DNA of 39,619 nucleotides from Dimargaris cristalligena (Eukaryota): NCBI GenBank assembly GCA_003614675.1, contig ML002349.1, positions 1 to 39,619 of the forward strand, read 5' to 3'. Shown piece by piece: positions 11,701 to 20,682 of this stretch (position 1 is its first letter; each line of letters starts with the position of its first letter). The notes under the pieces were generated by a model. It saw only the letters and a program-made list of their open reading frames with translations, ran no database searches and was not told where the DNA came from. The position numbers and the translations under genes were made by a program.

Positions 11701-12596
11701 GGGCGTCGGTCAGCGTCACAGATGTTCACAAGCCAGGGGTAGCGGGCCCCCGGGCCCTTGTCATCGTGATTGGAGCGAGTGGGAGTGGATGGAACCGAGA
11801 GGGCGGCTGTTTTGGACCGGGCGGCCGGTGACATAAAATTTTGTAGGTTGCGGCGGGGAGTGCCTGTGATGAGCTGCGGGGTACCCAGTGCGGGCAACGG
11901 CATGGAATCGGCCAGCGGAGAAGCCGGGGGCGAAACCGCCGAGCTGGGGAGCTGCGCCCGGTTACGGTTACCCCGGGCCGAGGCCCGCTTAGTGTGGGAA
12001 GTGGGACTGGCATCCAGCTCGACTAAACCATGGTCAGGATCAGAGTCGCTTTCCGACTCGGACAGCAAGGCCCGGCCTTTCCGCGGAGTAGCGCTAGGGG
12101 GCGCATAATCATCATCTTCGTCGCGGCCATTGGCGTCATCTTCGGAGTCGCTTGCTAATAGGGTAATAGCCGCGGCGCGTCGGGTGGGTCTACCGGATAG
12201 ACTGGCCATTTTGGGTCTTTTCGAGGACACCGAAGCCGACGAGCTTGTTTGCTCCTTGGGGGTGTTGGTGGTGATGGTGGCGGCGGGAGAGTGTACGGGG
12301 TATTTGCGTTTGGGAGTAGCGGGAATGTAGGCGGGTGTAGGCAGGGGCTCCGAGGAAGTAACCATGCCGGCTACGCTCCTGTCGGAGGAAGTGGTGGTAG
12401 TGGTGGCGGGCTCGGCGAGCGGGATCGGGCGCATGGCCGGAGTTTTGTTAAAGAATGAAAAGAGGGTCTTTTGGGGAGACGCAGTCCCGGCCTGCTTGGC
12501 CTGCAAGCGCTGGAGGGCCCGCTGGCGGTTTTGCTCAATGGTCTGCTTCTGCTTTAAGGAGAGGGGCAATGCCGGCGCCGAGGTGGGCTGATCCAT
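8721..12596 (-). CDS. MSH6: DNA mismatch repair protein MSH6 (MutS-alpha subunit), 1291 aa, intronless
   Basis: Probable start MDQPTS at 12596; the longer ORF-track start is non-ATG. PIP box QKTLFSFF, YNPRTLYIP, mismatch-binding KKGKFYELYE, Walker A TGPNAGGKST, STFMVELSET, Walker B ILDELGRGTST, STHYH, CPKSYG. Confidence 0.98.
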   Translation of the reverse strand: MDQPTSAPALPLSLKQKQTIEQNRQRALQRLQAKQAGTASPQKTLFSFFNKTPAMRPIPLAEPATTTTTSSDRSVAGMVTSSEPLPTPAYIPATPKRKYPVHSPAATITTNTPKEQTSSSASVSSKRPKMASLSGRPTRRAAAITLLASDSEDDANGRDEDDDYAPPSATPRKGRALLSESESDSDPDHGLVELDASPTSHTKRASARGNRNRAQLPSSAVSPPASPLADSMPLPALGTPQLITGTPRRNLQNFMSPAARSKTAALSVPSTPTRSNHDDKGPGARYPWLVNICDADRRPVSDPDYNPRTLYIPPAAWQKFTPFEKQFWDIKAKYFDTVVFFKKGKFYELYENDADIGHQQFDLKLTDRVNMRMVGVPETSFEFWAAQFVAKGYKVAKVDQVETALGKSMREKAGKIAKEDKIIRRELTSILTAGTLVDGSMLSHDMATYCLAIKERAANDYSAPYIGLCFVDTATGHFQLCGFQDDTNRTILETLLIQIQPKEMIYERGHLSKPTWRLLKNLLHTPVWNGLAPDKEFWDAATTETELLRSPSYFSPASSNSIPDSGNGPDAMAGDEPAELEAFRAWPAALRASRSDSTVMAAVGGLISYLRSLKLDRELVSLGNFEVYRPMCQAQSLLMDGQTMANLELFQTSEDNSLTYLASTHAQGEAGTLFQLLNRCTTPFGKRLFRQWMCHPLRNPRQINERLDMIDDLNAQAPIRDELRSQLARLPDLERLISRVHAGTCRVRDLLTVLRGFGDIQTLITDLRTQSAAFRSARFATLIQQCPDLSKPLAFFAQAFDHQVAEKESNIIPTPGVEPQFDSVNEQMAEIEAEFAEYLKEQRRALKCPKLEYRDLGKEVYQLEVPKAVKVPADFTKLSATKAVNRYWTPVTQKLVRRLNEILETRGTVFRDIERRMYERFDQHYSQWLRAVRTVSELDCLVGLALCAQSLGSPACRPEFVEPGPDGRSVLELTELRHPCVTETAGSDFIPNDTILGGDSPDTAQPSMILLTGPNAGGKSTLLRQTCLAVIMAQLGCYVPARRCRLSPVDRIFTRIGAHDDILRGQSTFMVELSETSKILREATPRSLVILDELGRGTSTFDGYAVAFAVLHHLATRVGCVGLFSTHYHALTREMAAHPQVRLMHMDCHVDPAHRDVTFLYKLVPGVCPKSYGMNVAGMAGIPRSVVDRAETVAEQFEASQKLNALTSQPMGAIPPLPSDQSSTKAVPAVAHLPMTCQADLKFLLQWADAFDANESSSSPTGCSNGLANSEQEMLNRFSALTIVQQWQTLH

Positions 12597-13310
12597 GGTG
12601 GAAAGAGAAATATTAAAGATAAGGGCTTTGAAAGTGTGGTGTATGTCCGAACTAACGGGAAGCAAACAAGGCGGTGTGGAGGGGGCAATGGAAACAAGAA
12701 ACAACTAATAGGCAACAAACGCTTGGGCGAAAGGTCAATAAGGGAACAGAAAGCCAATAGATTCTCTAGCTAGTCTTGTTGGCCGAAGGGAGTCGTCAAC
12801 AACAGTCCTGTGGGCGCTTGGTTTTTTTCTCCTGCGAATAGTCGTTGTTTATCGATAAACGGGAGGTTTTATCAACACAGCCAGAGAGTGATGACGGATC
12901 TCTAATATTATTATAAAAAAAGCGTCATAATAATAGCGCCACACTGTATAGCCAGGTGGCGTGGCCAAGCCCTTCAATACTTGCCCATCGGCTTCTTCCG
13001 CCAAGCTACATACAGCACCTACTACCGAATGGATAGCCACGTGACTTATTACACCATAGTTTATTTAAAATATTTTGGAGGTACCCACACCAAAGTCTGA
13101 TTAGTAGTAGGTAAATAGAGGGGTGATGTAGAGAAACTGTGTATACTACCTACACCCATAGTCTTCACTTTCAGCAACAATAAACAACAGCCAGTCAGAA
13201 GGCATGTCTCCGTTATGCATCGCTAGCAGGTATAATCAGCGGAATATTCCTCGTAGAAATAGGTCAACCAATGCCCCCCCCGCCTGTGCTATCGAATTCA
13301 GTAGACTAAA

Positions 13311-13331
13311 TCAACTATCAACTATCAACTA
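13311..13331. repeat. Short tandem repeat (TCAACTA)x3 in a 3' UTR
   Basis: Read directly from the sequence. Confidence 0.7.
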
Positions 13332-13354
13332 GACGTAGAACCCCCGTCCATTAT

Positions 13355-14018
13355 TTATTTTTTACTTTTCTTGTCTTTGGTGTCCTTCGACTCCTTCTTA
13401 ACCATAGAGTTCATAACATGCAGTTTGCCTATCGCGCTGGCCTTAGTGGCCATTAGGTGTTCCAGGTTACGAGTAACGTTGCCGTTCATTTTCTGTCGGG
13501 AAAATAGTTTAAAATGGGTTATTGGGAGCCATAGTAATAGATTAGCTAAAGAATATCGGTTGTCAGGGGGGTGAACACGCCTGCTATAAAGTTAGCCCCC
13601 AAATTATGGATTGGAGTCCCGAGGTTGGAAAAGGGCATTCGTGTGTGTGTGTGTAAAAATGACATACCTTCTTCAATTTAGCGTGTTGGAGGAGGGTCTT
13701 GTTCTTGGGTGCAATAGTGCGGGCTATTGATAGAAGCAGAGGATTATTAGATACAATGATGCACAGTAAAGTAATACAGTTAGCGAGGTAAAAGCGCTTG
13801 CCAATTTGGACGAGATTAGAAATGAAGGAAACTCCCGGAATGACAACCAATGCATAGTGGGGATCCCATCCCGGAAGACTTGGCGCTCTTTAACGTAGAA
13901 TTAGGCCATGTGGACAACGAGTAAAGCTGCTGAAGAATAACTTACCTCCTTTGCGGATTCCAACAGGGGCCGAGGCAGTCTTTTTGACCGACTTGAGTTT
14001 CTTGGTACCTTGAACCAT
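13355..14018 (-). CDS. UPF0390/DUF2462 small basic protein (C19orf53-like), 88 aa, 3 exons: 14018-13946, 13723-13668, 13492-13355
   Basis: Manual GT-AG splicing gives MVQGTKKLKSVKKTASAPVGIRKG-ARTIAPKNKTLLQHAKLKK-KMNGNVTRNLEHLMATKASAIGKLHVMNSMVKKESKDTKDKKSKK. This fits the family pattern M-QG..K / KG.R.IAPK / E..MA.KA..G.L. Confidence 0.88.
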
Positions 14019-16256
14019 TTTGAATAATATGATACAATGGCGGATGCCGAACTTCGACGGGAATGGTTATTTATGAAGCTGATGGAGAAACAAAAAATAC
14101 CAATGAATGAGATCTAAGTAGGGAACTAGGCCAATGCGACTGGGGCTTGCAAAGTAATGAATAAAGTTCAAACGCAACTCTAACTAAAAAGTCCCATCCA
14201 AATAAGAAAAAAAGCACCAAAAAAAGACGGTACCCTCTGCACACTATATACGCCCCCCACCATAATGTGCATTAGCTAGCCAGATTCACATAACCCTAAA
14301 GCCCGGTTGGTTTTTAGTTGAACTCGTGTGATATCAACACGGCGGTCCGACGGCCGTAATTAGTAAACATTGCCATATGAACTTGCTAGGAAGGGCTCAT
14401 TTTATTATATTTATTTACTGAACCAACACCTGTAATAGGTAAGATGGCACTCATACATAGATGACCACTTCTCAGCATTAGACCATGGAACCGAAATGTA
14501 AATGCGAAATTTATCAAGAATTCAAGGTAAGAAAATAACCACTAAATTGGGTACCATTCACCGAGCCAAACTGGCAATAATGTTTGGACAACCATGTATG
14601 GGCTTGAGTGTTGGGGCTTGGCTGTTAATAACCAGACTGGGCACTAAAAAGGCCAGTGGCGGCAAAGGTAATATACCGATTTCGGGGATTGTGCCCAAGT
14701 TGGTCACCGTGGGCCTACACTTCAACAATTACATAAGGAAGTATTGGCAAAGGGGAGCTGGGCATATTGGCAGTCACAGGTTCTTAGCCGGATGTACCAG
14801 ACTGTATTTCGGTGGAATTTAATTTCCCTCTATCCCACCCCTGCATCAATTTTACCACACGTGCCTGATATTAGGGTATTACTACCAGACTAGGATATCC
14901 GTTTCGCCTGTCTTAATTTCCAAATGATATGGTGTCCCATGGTAATTATCCAACGCCCAGGTTCGGCTACTGCCGCCCGTAATATTGGCATTATCATGAC
15001 TAAACTATCATTCGATAGCTAGTACTTCTATTTACCCCCTTCCCTAGCTGAATATATCTTGTACGCTTTTTTGTCTTTCCCGACATTGCAGCAGATACAA
15101 ATATATACTATTAATATTTTTTTTTGAAAAAAAAAAGTAGGAACATTCGTATATACGAATAAGTACGAATGGAAATGCAAGCAAATTGATGATATATAAC
15201 CGAAAAAAACCAGTAAGCATAGAAATATAGACATTGGTAGCGACAACATGGGTTCATTCTATCGTGTACAATTGAGTCGGCTTCCTAAAATACGAGGGGG
15301 TAATGACAATCATTCAATAAACTAGTATACTTGAGTTCTAGTAACACCCTCCTGCGACCAACCCTCATTATTTGACCACAGTCTGGTGATGGGCCCGCCA
15401 ATGAGATTTGGTTCATTATTAACCATTGTTGTTCGCCCTCTTCCCACTTTACTCGTTCTCCTCCAACAGGTATTCCCCTATTCATACCGTTATTCGTGGC
15501 CAACCAGCTCCCTTTTAGCCGTTCTTGAGGAGTTCTCTGGCAATAGACACCCGGTCCATTGCCGATCGTCGGTTGTTTGAATACCTATCAAATCGCACCT
15601 TCTGTGTCCAACACATAGTAGAGGCTACCTAAATGATAAAGGGGGTGGGGAATTTTAAAGAGGAGGGGAATGCTAGTAAACCTAGTAATATTTATCGAGC
15701 TCCCTGTAGACGGCCAGTGACATCACTTAAATGGTAGAAAGTGGTGTGGGATTTATCCTTAGCCCAACTATATTTTCTGTCAAACAGCTCAGCTAGTACA
15801 CTTTCCTAACACGACCCAGTGACAGCTAGCCTCAAAATGGTGGAGTTTGGGGGGGGGGGCAGTGAGTATAGGGCGATACTTTTGGGATACGAAAACGAAG
15901 CGAACCATGAGCGGGAATCATTCGGCTGATCAGAAGTCACTTTGTTCCATTTTATTAGTACAAATCGATGGCATGATAATGGGGGATTGAACCCGACTGT
16001 TCATTATTTGAATTTAATCTAATACACCACACGAAAAATTCCGATTATCCAAAGACATGGGATTTGTGGTTCGAAGAGCCGAAAGAAGGAGCCCAGGTGG
16101 AATAGATGAGTACTCTGCGGCGACAGGGCTGACAAGGTTAGTTCAAGGGTTGGTCTTCCCCCGTGGAAAAATTGGCGGAAAATGGAGGCCACTAGCGACC
16201 CGTATAAAGGGGTTGGGTCGCACCGACGTGAAATCCCCCAGCTGTTTAGTAAAAGA

Positions 16257-16264
16257 TATAAAAG
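16257..16264 (+). promoter_or_regulatory. TATA box (TATAAAAG) of peptide gene B
   Basis: Canonical TATAWAWR about 155 nt upstream of the ATG, followed by a C/T-rich leader. The equivalent position is TATGAAAA in copy A and TTGAAAAA in copy C. Confidence 0.6.
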
Positions 16265-16414
16265 CCGGCCGGCGGTCTCTCTTAATTACATCATTAACAA
16301 CATCCACACCTCCATCGCCTGCGTATTCATTGACTTCCATTTCCCTTGCAACCTTCCGCTCTTTACTCAATCCACCATTACCCATTCCATCACCATTACC
16401 GTACCCAAGCCAAA

Positions 16415-16615
16415 ATGCGTACCATGTCCGTTATTCCCACTCTGATGGCCTTCACTGCCATGGTTTTCTTGGTCGCTGTGACTGCAGCCCCCGCCGCACC
16501 TCGCAAGAGTGGTTCGATTAGAGAGAAAGTGGGTCGTTTTGCTAACTCCGCCGTAGGAACCGCAATGATTGGCGCTGGTGTCACCGCTGGTATAACTAGT
16601 GCCATGGGCCCCTAA
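16415..16615 (+). CDS. Small secreted cationic peptide precursor, 66 aa, paralog B
   Basis: MRTMSVIPTLMAFTAMVFLVAVTA-APAAP-RKSGSIREKVGRFANSAVGTAMIGAGVTAGITSAMGP; 55/66 aa identical to paralog A. Confidence 0.87.
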   Translation: MRTMSVIPTLMAFTAMVFLVAVTAAPAAPRKSGSIREKVGRFANSAVGTAMIGAGVTAGITSAMGP

Positions 16616-17979
16616 TCTACTTTACAACAATGGCCCTGCCATTATTAGCATACTTCCATTTGGTCACAGAGCAATTTGGGTTGCCATGAGTGATCATTTT
16701 ATAACCAGCGATGCCCCTTGTCGACAATCTAGTTTTACTATGTTGCAGTTTGCGGCGCACACAGCCTTCACAATAAAACCCTATCTACTTTAAGAACGAA
16801 GTCTTTCATGAATATACCAGTTGTAGTCAACAGCACGCTCTACATGTATATTTCATTTGAGGTCAATTTCGGTGGGTTCAATGGCAATATTTCGTCCAGC
16901 TTTATGGTCAATAGCTCAGTGCAATGAAGCATGCTGCTTAGCAACGGTCTGACATAGACGTTGCACTGGCTCAAGTAAGATTGTTTGACCCCTGATACTC
17001 ATGAGCGGGGCTATAATTGCCCAGTTCATGATTTAATATTGTTGTTATAATCGGGTCCGGGTGGTTTGGCCAGGGAATGAGGGGAGAGAAGGTCAACCCG
17101 AATTTAGCGCGACCTCAAGTGATCGAGGCTGACTCTTAGCTCGCGGAAAATGGCATATTGGCCGAGTTGGAAGAGGATGTTTTGGTGGGGGATGCGATCA
17201 CTCTTCCAGGCAAGAGAGGGTAGGAAAATGGGCATCACAAAACTGGTGGTAAATATAGGAGAAGCAGTTATGTATTGTTGAGGAATAACCAAAACCGGTG
17301 GCGACTTCTGGGAAACTCTAAATATAATACGTTAATAAGGTGAAGATGCCGTCTATTTAAAGAACAGCTGGCCCTATTACTTATATTTTGACGTATCATA
17401 GTACTAAGGCGGCTGTGATTAGTACTAGGCTGAAGAGCACACGGATAATAGTTGGATAATGCTAGGATAGAGTTTGACTTATTCAATACTATGCTAGAAG
17501 TACAAATTTGAAGTTATGTAGTTTTTTCTTGTATTATCGGGCATACAGGGCCGATAGCGAACCATGCCTTCCTTCAAATTTCTCCTCAAGTAATAAAAAT
17601 CACTATTAAATGCTCAAACTAAATGGTATATAGAACGAGTATATTTGAAATTGAGATTGCAGTTGGACACTTCTCCATTCCTGGAATTTACTGTTTATAC
17701 TTGCTACCCATAGAGTGGATTAGCGTACCCTTGAATAGAACTCCAATATTATAGCATGGTATACTATTAATATTTTTTGTATTGGGCTAGTAATTATTAT
17801 AGATACCCCTTTTCCCGGTGTTTTCCAATTTTTTGGGTACGTACTTGTTACTTTGAGGAAACTGCCCTAGAGCTATTAAAGTATAGAGATAGATAAACAG
17901 CATATCCACTACTCTACATTTTAAAAATAGAAATAGCTGCATTGAAAGATTTCGACACATTTGAAATGATATAAAAATT

Positions 17980-19720
17980 ATGTATTTGCAATGGCCAACA
18001 GTCAGTATTTGAAATATGAGACAGTCGACGGGGGGCTAACTAACCTAGAAAGGCGGCAAGGGTACTGGTTGTGACTACTGGGGTCCATTCTACCGCGTGC
18101 AACTGAGCCAGCTTCCAATAACTCGAGGGGCTAACGGCTCAACGGCAAGACAAACAAGCACACTAAAATACTAAAAATCCAATGCCTTTGCGATCAACCC
18201 TCATTATTTGACCACCGTCTGGCGACGGCCCTGTCAATCTAATTTAACTCAGTATTATCCATTGCTTTCCCCCCTTCTCCTTTTATTGGCTCGACTTCCC
18301 CCCTTCTTTTCCACTCCGCCATTCATCTCCAACGGGTCTACCCGCACCCCTGCTCACGGCCCACCAGCCCCTCTTTGGCCGTTCTTGAGGAGCTACCCAG
18401 CAGCCATCCTCCTCGATCCTTTACCGATTGTCGGTTGTTTGAATGCCATTCAAAGGACAGCTCCATTGCCCACCTAATAGTAGAGATTGGATAAATGATG
18501 AAGGCGGAGGGATATGTTAAAGGGAAAGGGGATAGTAAAATTGACTTTGGTATTGACTTCCCTGTTGCTAGCCAGCAGCATGGCTTGAATGATATAAAGC
18601 GGTGTGGGCTACTTCCTTGACTCAACTATATAGGAGCAGTCGTGCTGCTCAATGAGTCGACTTGTCTAACACGACTTGATGGGGACTAGCGCCAAAAGGA
18701 CGGAGTTTGGGAGTTGTATTAGTCCATGGGGATACTTCCAGAATACGAAAAAGAAGCGAACCGTTGGTGGCAAACACCTGACTGCTCAAAATATATTATA
18801 TTGCATTTTGTTCATGTACAACAGCGGTGTGCTAATGGCGAACTGAGCCCGATCACCTGACGTTCAATTTAATCTAATCCCCCACGCGAGAAATCCCGAG
18901 TATCCGCTACTATGGGCCATGTGGTTCGGATGACCGTGAATCGGGGCCCGGGCGGAATAGACGAGTATTCGGCAGCGACAGAGTTGGTGAGTTTAGTTCA
19001 AGGGTTGGACTCCCCCATGGAAAGATGGGCACATAATAGTAGCTACCAAAGACCCGTCTAGGGGCGATAACATGTATTAGCATGAAATTCCCCAGTTGTA
19101 TTGTCAAAGTTGAAAAACCCGGGCGGTGATCTCTCCTAATTTTATTAATAGTAACAATCACGTCTCCTTCGCCTGTATACTCTTCGACTCCCATTTCCCT
19201 TACAATCTTCCTCCCTTTACCGAATACTCCATTACACATACTATCATCATCTTCGTACTCAAGCCAAAATGCGTACCACGTCCATTATCCCCGCCATAAT
19301 GACATTGACTGCCATGGTTTTCTCGATCGTCAGGACTGCCGCTCCCACTCCACAAAAAACCAGGAACGCTTCGGTTAGGAATATAATTGCTACTACTAAC
19401 ATTATCCCCGTTAAGGCCGGAGTAATGCCCCCTCCTAACGGCAACACTATTTAAGTTATGGGCGGTCAATCCATTTTGTGACAGCGGCTCTGCCCTTGCC
19501 GGCCTACACCCGTGGTCTTGGAACAGCGTGGGTTGCCATGCGTGGTCAGTTTAAACCCGTTGATACCCCTCGCCGACAGTCTATTTTTACAGTGTCGCAA
19601 TTGGTGGTGCATCCAGCCCTCTCAATAAAACCCAATATACGCAATGAGCAAAGTGATGTATAAGGAATACACTAGCTCTAAGCATAATAATCGGAAAAGA
19701 TGTATCTCCCAGGTTAGAAT
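17980..19720 (+). repeat. Segmental duplication copy C (tandem with B)
   Basis: Same conserved upstream blocks, ORF and polyA signal as A and B, but more diverged. Confidence 0.88.
19269..19454 (+). CDS. Divergent paralog C of the secreted peptide, 61 aa (possibly degenerating)
   Basis: Same AAGCCAAAATGCGTACC start context and a homologous signal peptide; the mature part is diverged. TAA at codon 62 corresponds to AAA (K62) of paralog A. Confidence 0.65.
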   Translation: MRTTSIIPAIMTLTAMVFSIVRTAAPTPQKTRNASVRNIIATTNIIPVKAGVMPPPNGNTI

Positions 19721-20682
19721 AGTTGCAGATAATTATGCCATAAGATTTTGTTCATTATAAGTATTGTATGTAATGTACTTTGAAGGAATATCTTTTTGGA
19801 GGCCAGCCTGGCAAAGAGACCGTCGTGTGACTAGATAGGCTGCGTGAGTCCCTAATAGTCACGAATAAGACTACAACCGTCCTATATGCGACTTTATACC
19901 ATTTTTCGTAATTTTATAGAAATTGGTCTAGTTAATTGACTGTGCGTTCAAGTCAGCCGTCATGCAACTCCGAGGCATCCAGGAATCCTTCCCTACTTGT
20001 TCTTACATTTTTATGAGATATCGGTTATTGGGATACTTTAGCATCTACAGTACCCGACGTATCTTAACGTGGTCAGATGATTTCTACGCCGTGCAATGGC
20101 ATCGTAGCTAGTAGAACCAATATCCAACCACGCACATGGCAAGCACCTCGGTCTCTAAACTTCTTGTATATGCCAATTCTACATTGATGATGGATATGCA
20201 TGATGCGTATTGCAGATACAGTTTGGTTTCTCCCACCCTTACCAATGGTCTACTACTTTAACCAGCCCCGATGATCCCAGCATCCTCCGTTTTCTTCACA
20301 CTCATGCACCACCATTGCCCGATTTCGTGTGTCAGTCGTTACAACATGTTTATTTTGCATAAGTACAGAGATATTGGTATCTAAAGGCTGATAAATGAAA
20401 AACCAATGATAATAAAAAAACCCACACCACGCAGATAAAACGGGGCAAGGTTCAAAGGAAGAGATATTGAAACGTGGGCATGGTTTTCCAATCCGACCAT
20501 TGAAATGGGAATAATCGACAGGCCGTTGAGATAACAGACGATATAGTTTGAAAGTTCTTATAAGGACCTTCTGTGTATCGTTTCCCCATCTACTTGCCTT
20601 GATCACATAAATACTTGGCTAAGTGGATGGTATTTCCCCCAATATTGGGTGAAGGACTCCCCATCAATTTTTTATAAAAGAA

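Larger units (their letters stand above)
15233..17030 (+). repeat. Segmental duplication copy B
   Basis: Homologous blocks with copies A and C. About 94% identical to A over 16250-16619 (22 differences in 370 nt, no indels, counted by hand). Confidence 0.9.

Noticed and set aside
12597-12704. 36-aa N-terminal extension of MSH6 in the ORF track
   Set aside because: Starts at a non-ATG codon in leader-like sequence; the ATG at 12596 has good context (CCACCATGG).
8749-12757. Many 65-200 aa ORFs overlapping MSH6 on both strands
   Set aside because: Shadow ORFs of a GC-rich coding region; no independent motifs.
14502-14822. 106-aa ATG-initiated ORF between the UPF0390 gene and repeat B
   Set aside because: No signal peptide, domain, codon bias or paralog; probably a chance ORF.
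1837-19720. Repeat copies as solo LTRs, MITEs or other mobile elements
   Set aside because: No TG...CA ends, terminal inverted repeats, target-site duplications or transposase/RT remnants seen; boundaries fade gradually.
20253-20606. 117-aa minus-strand ORF downstream of HRD1
   Set aside because: Non-ATG start, located in the HRD1 3' UTR, no recognisable features.
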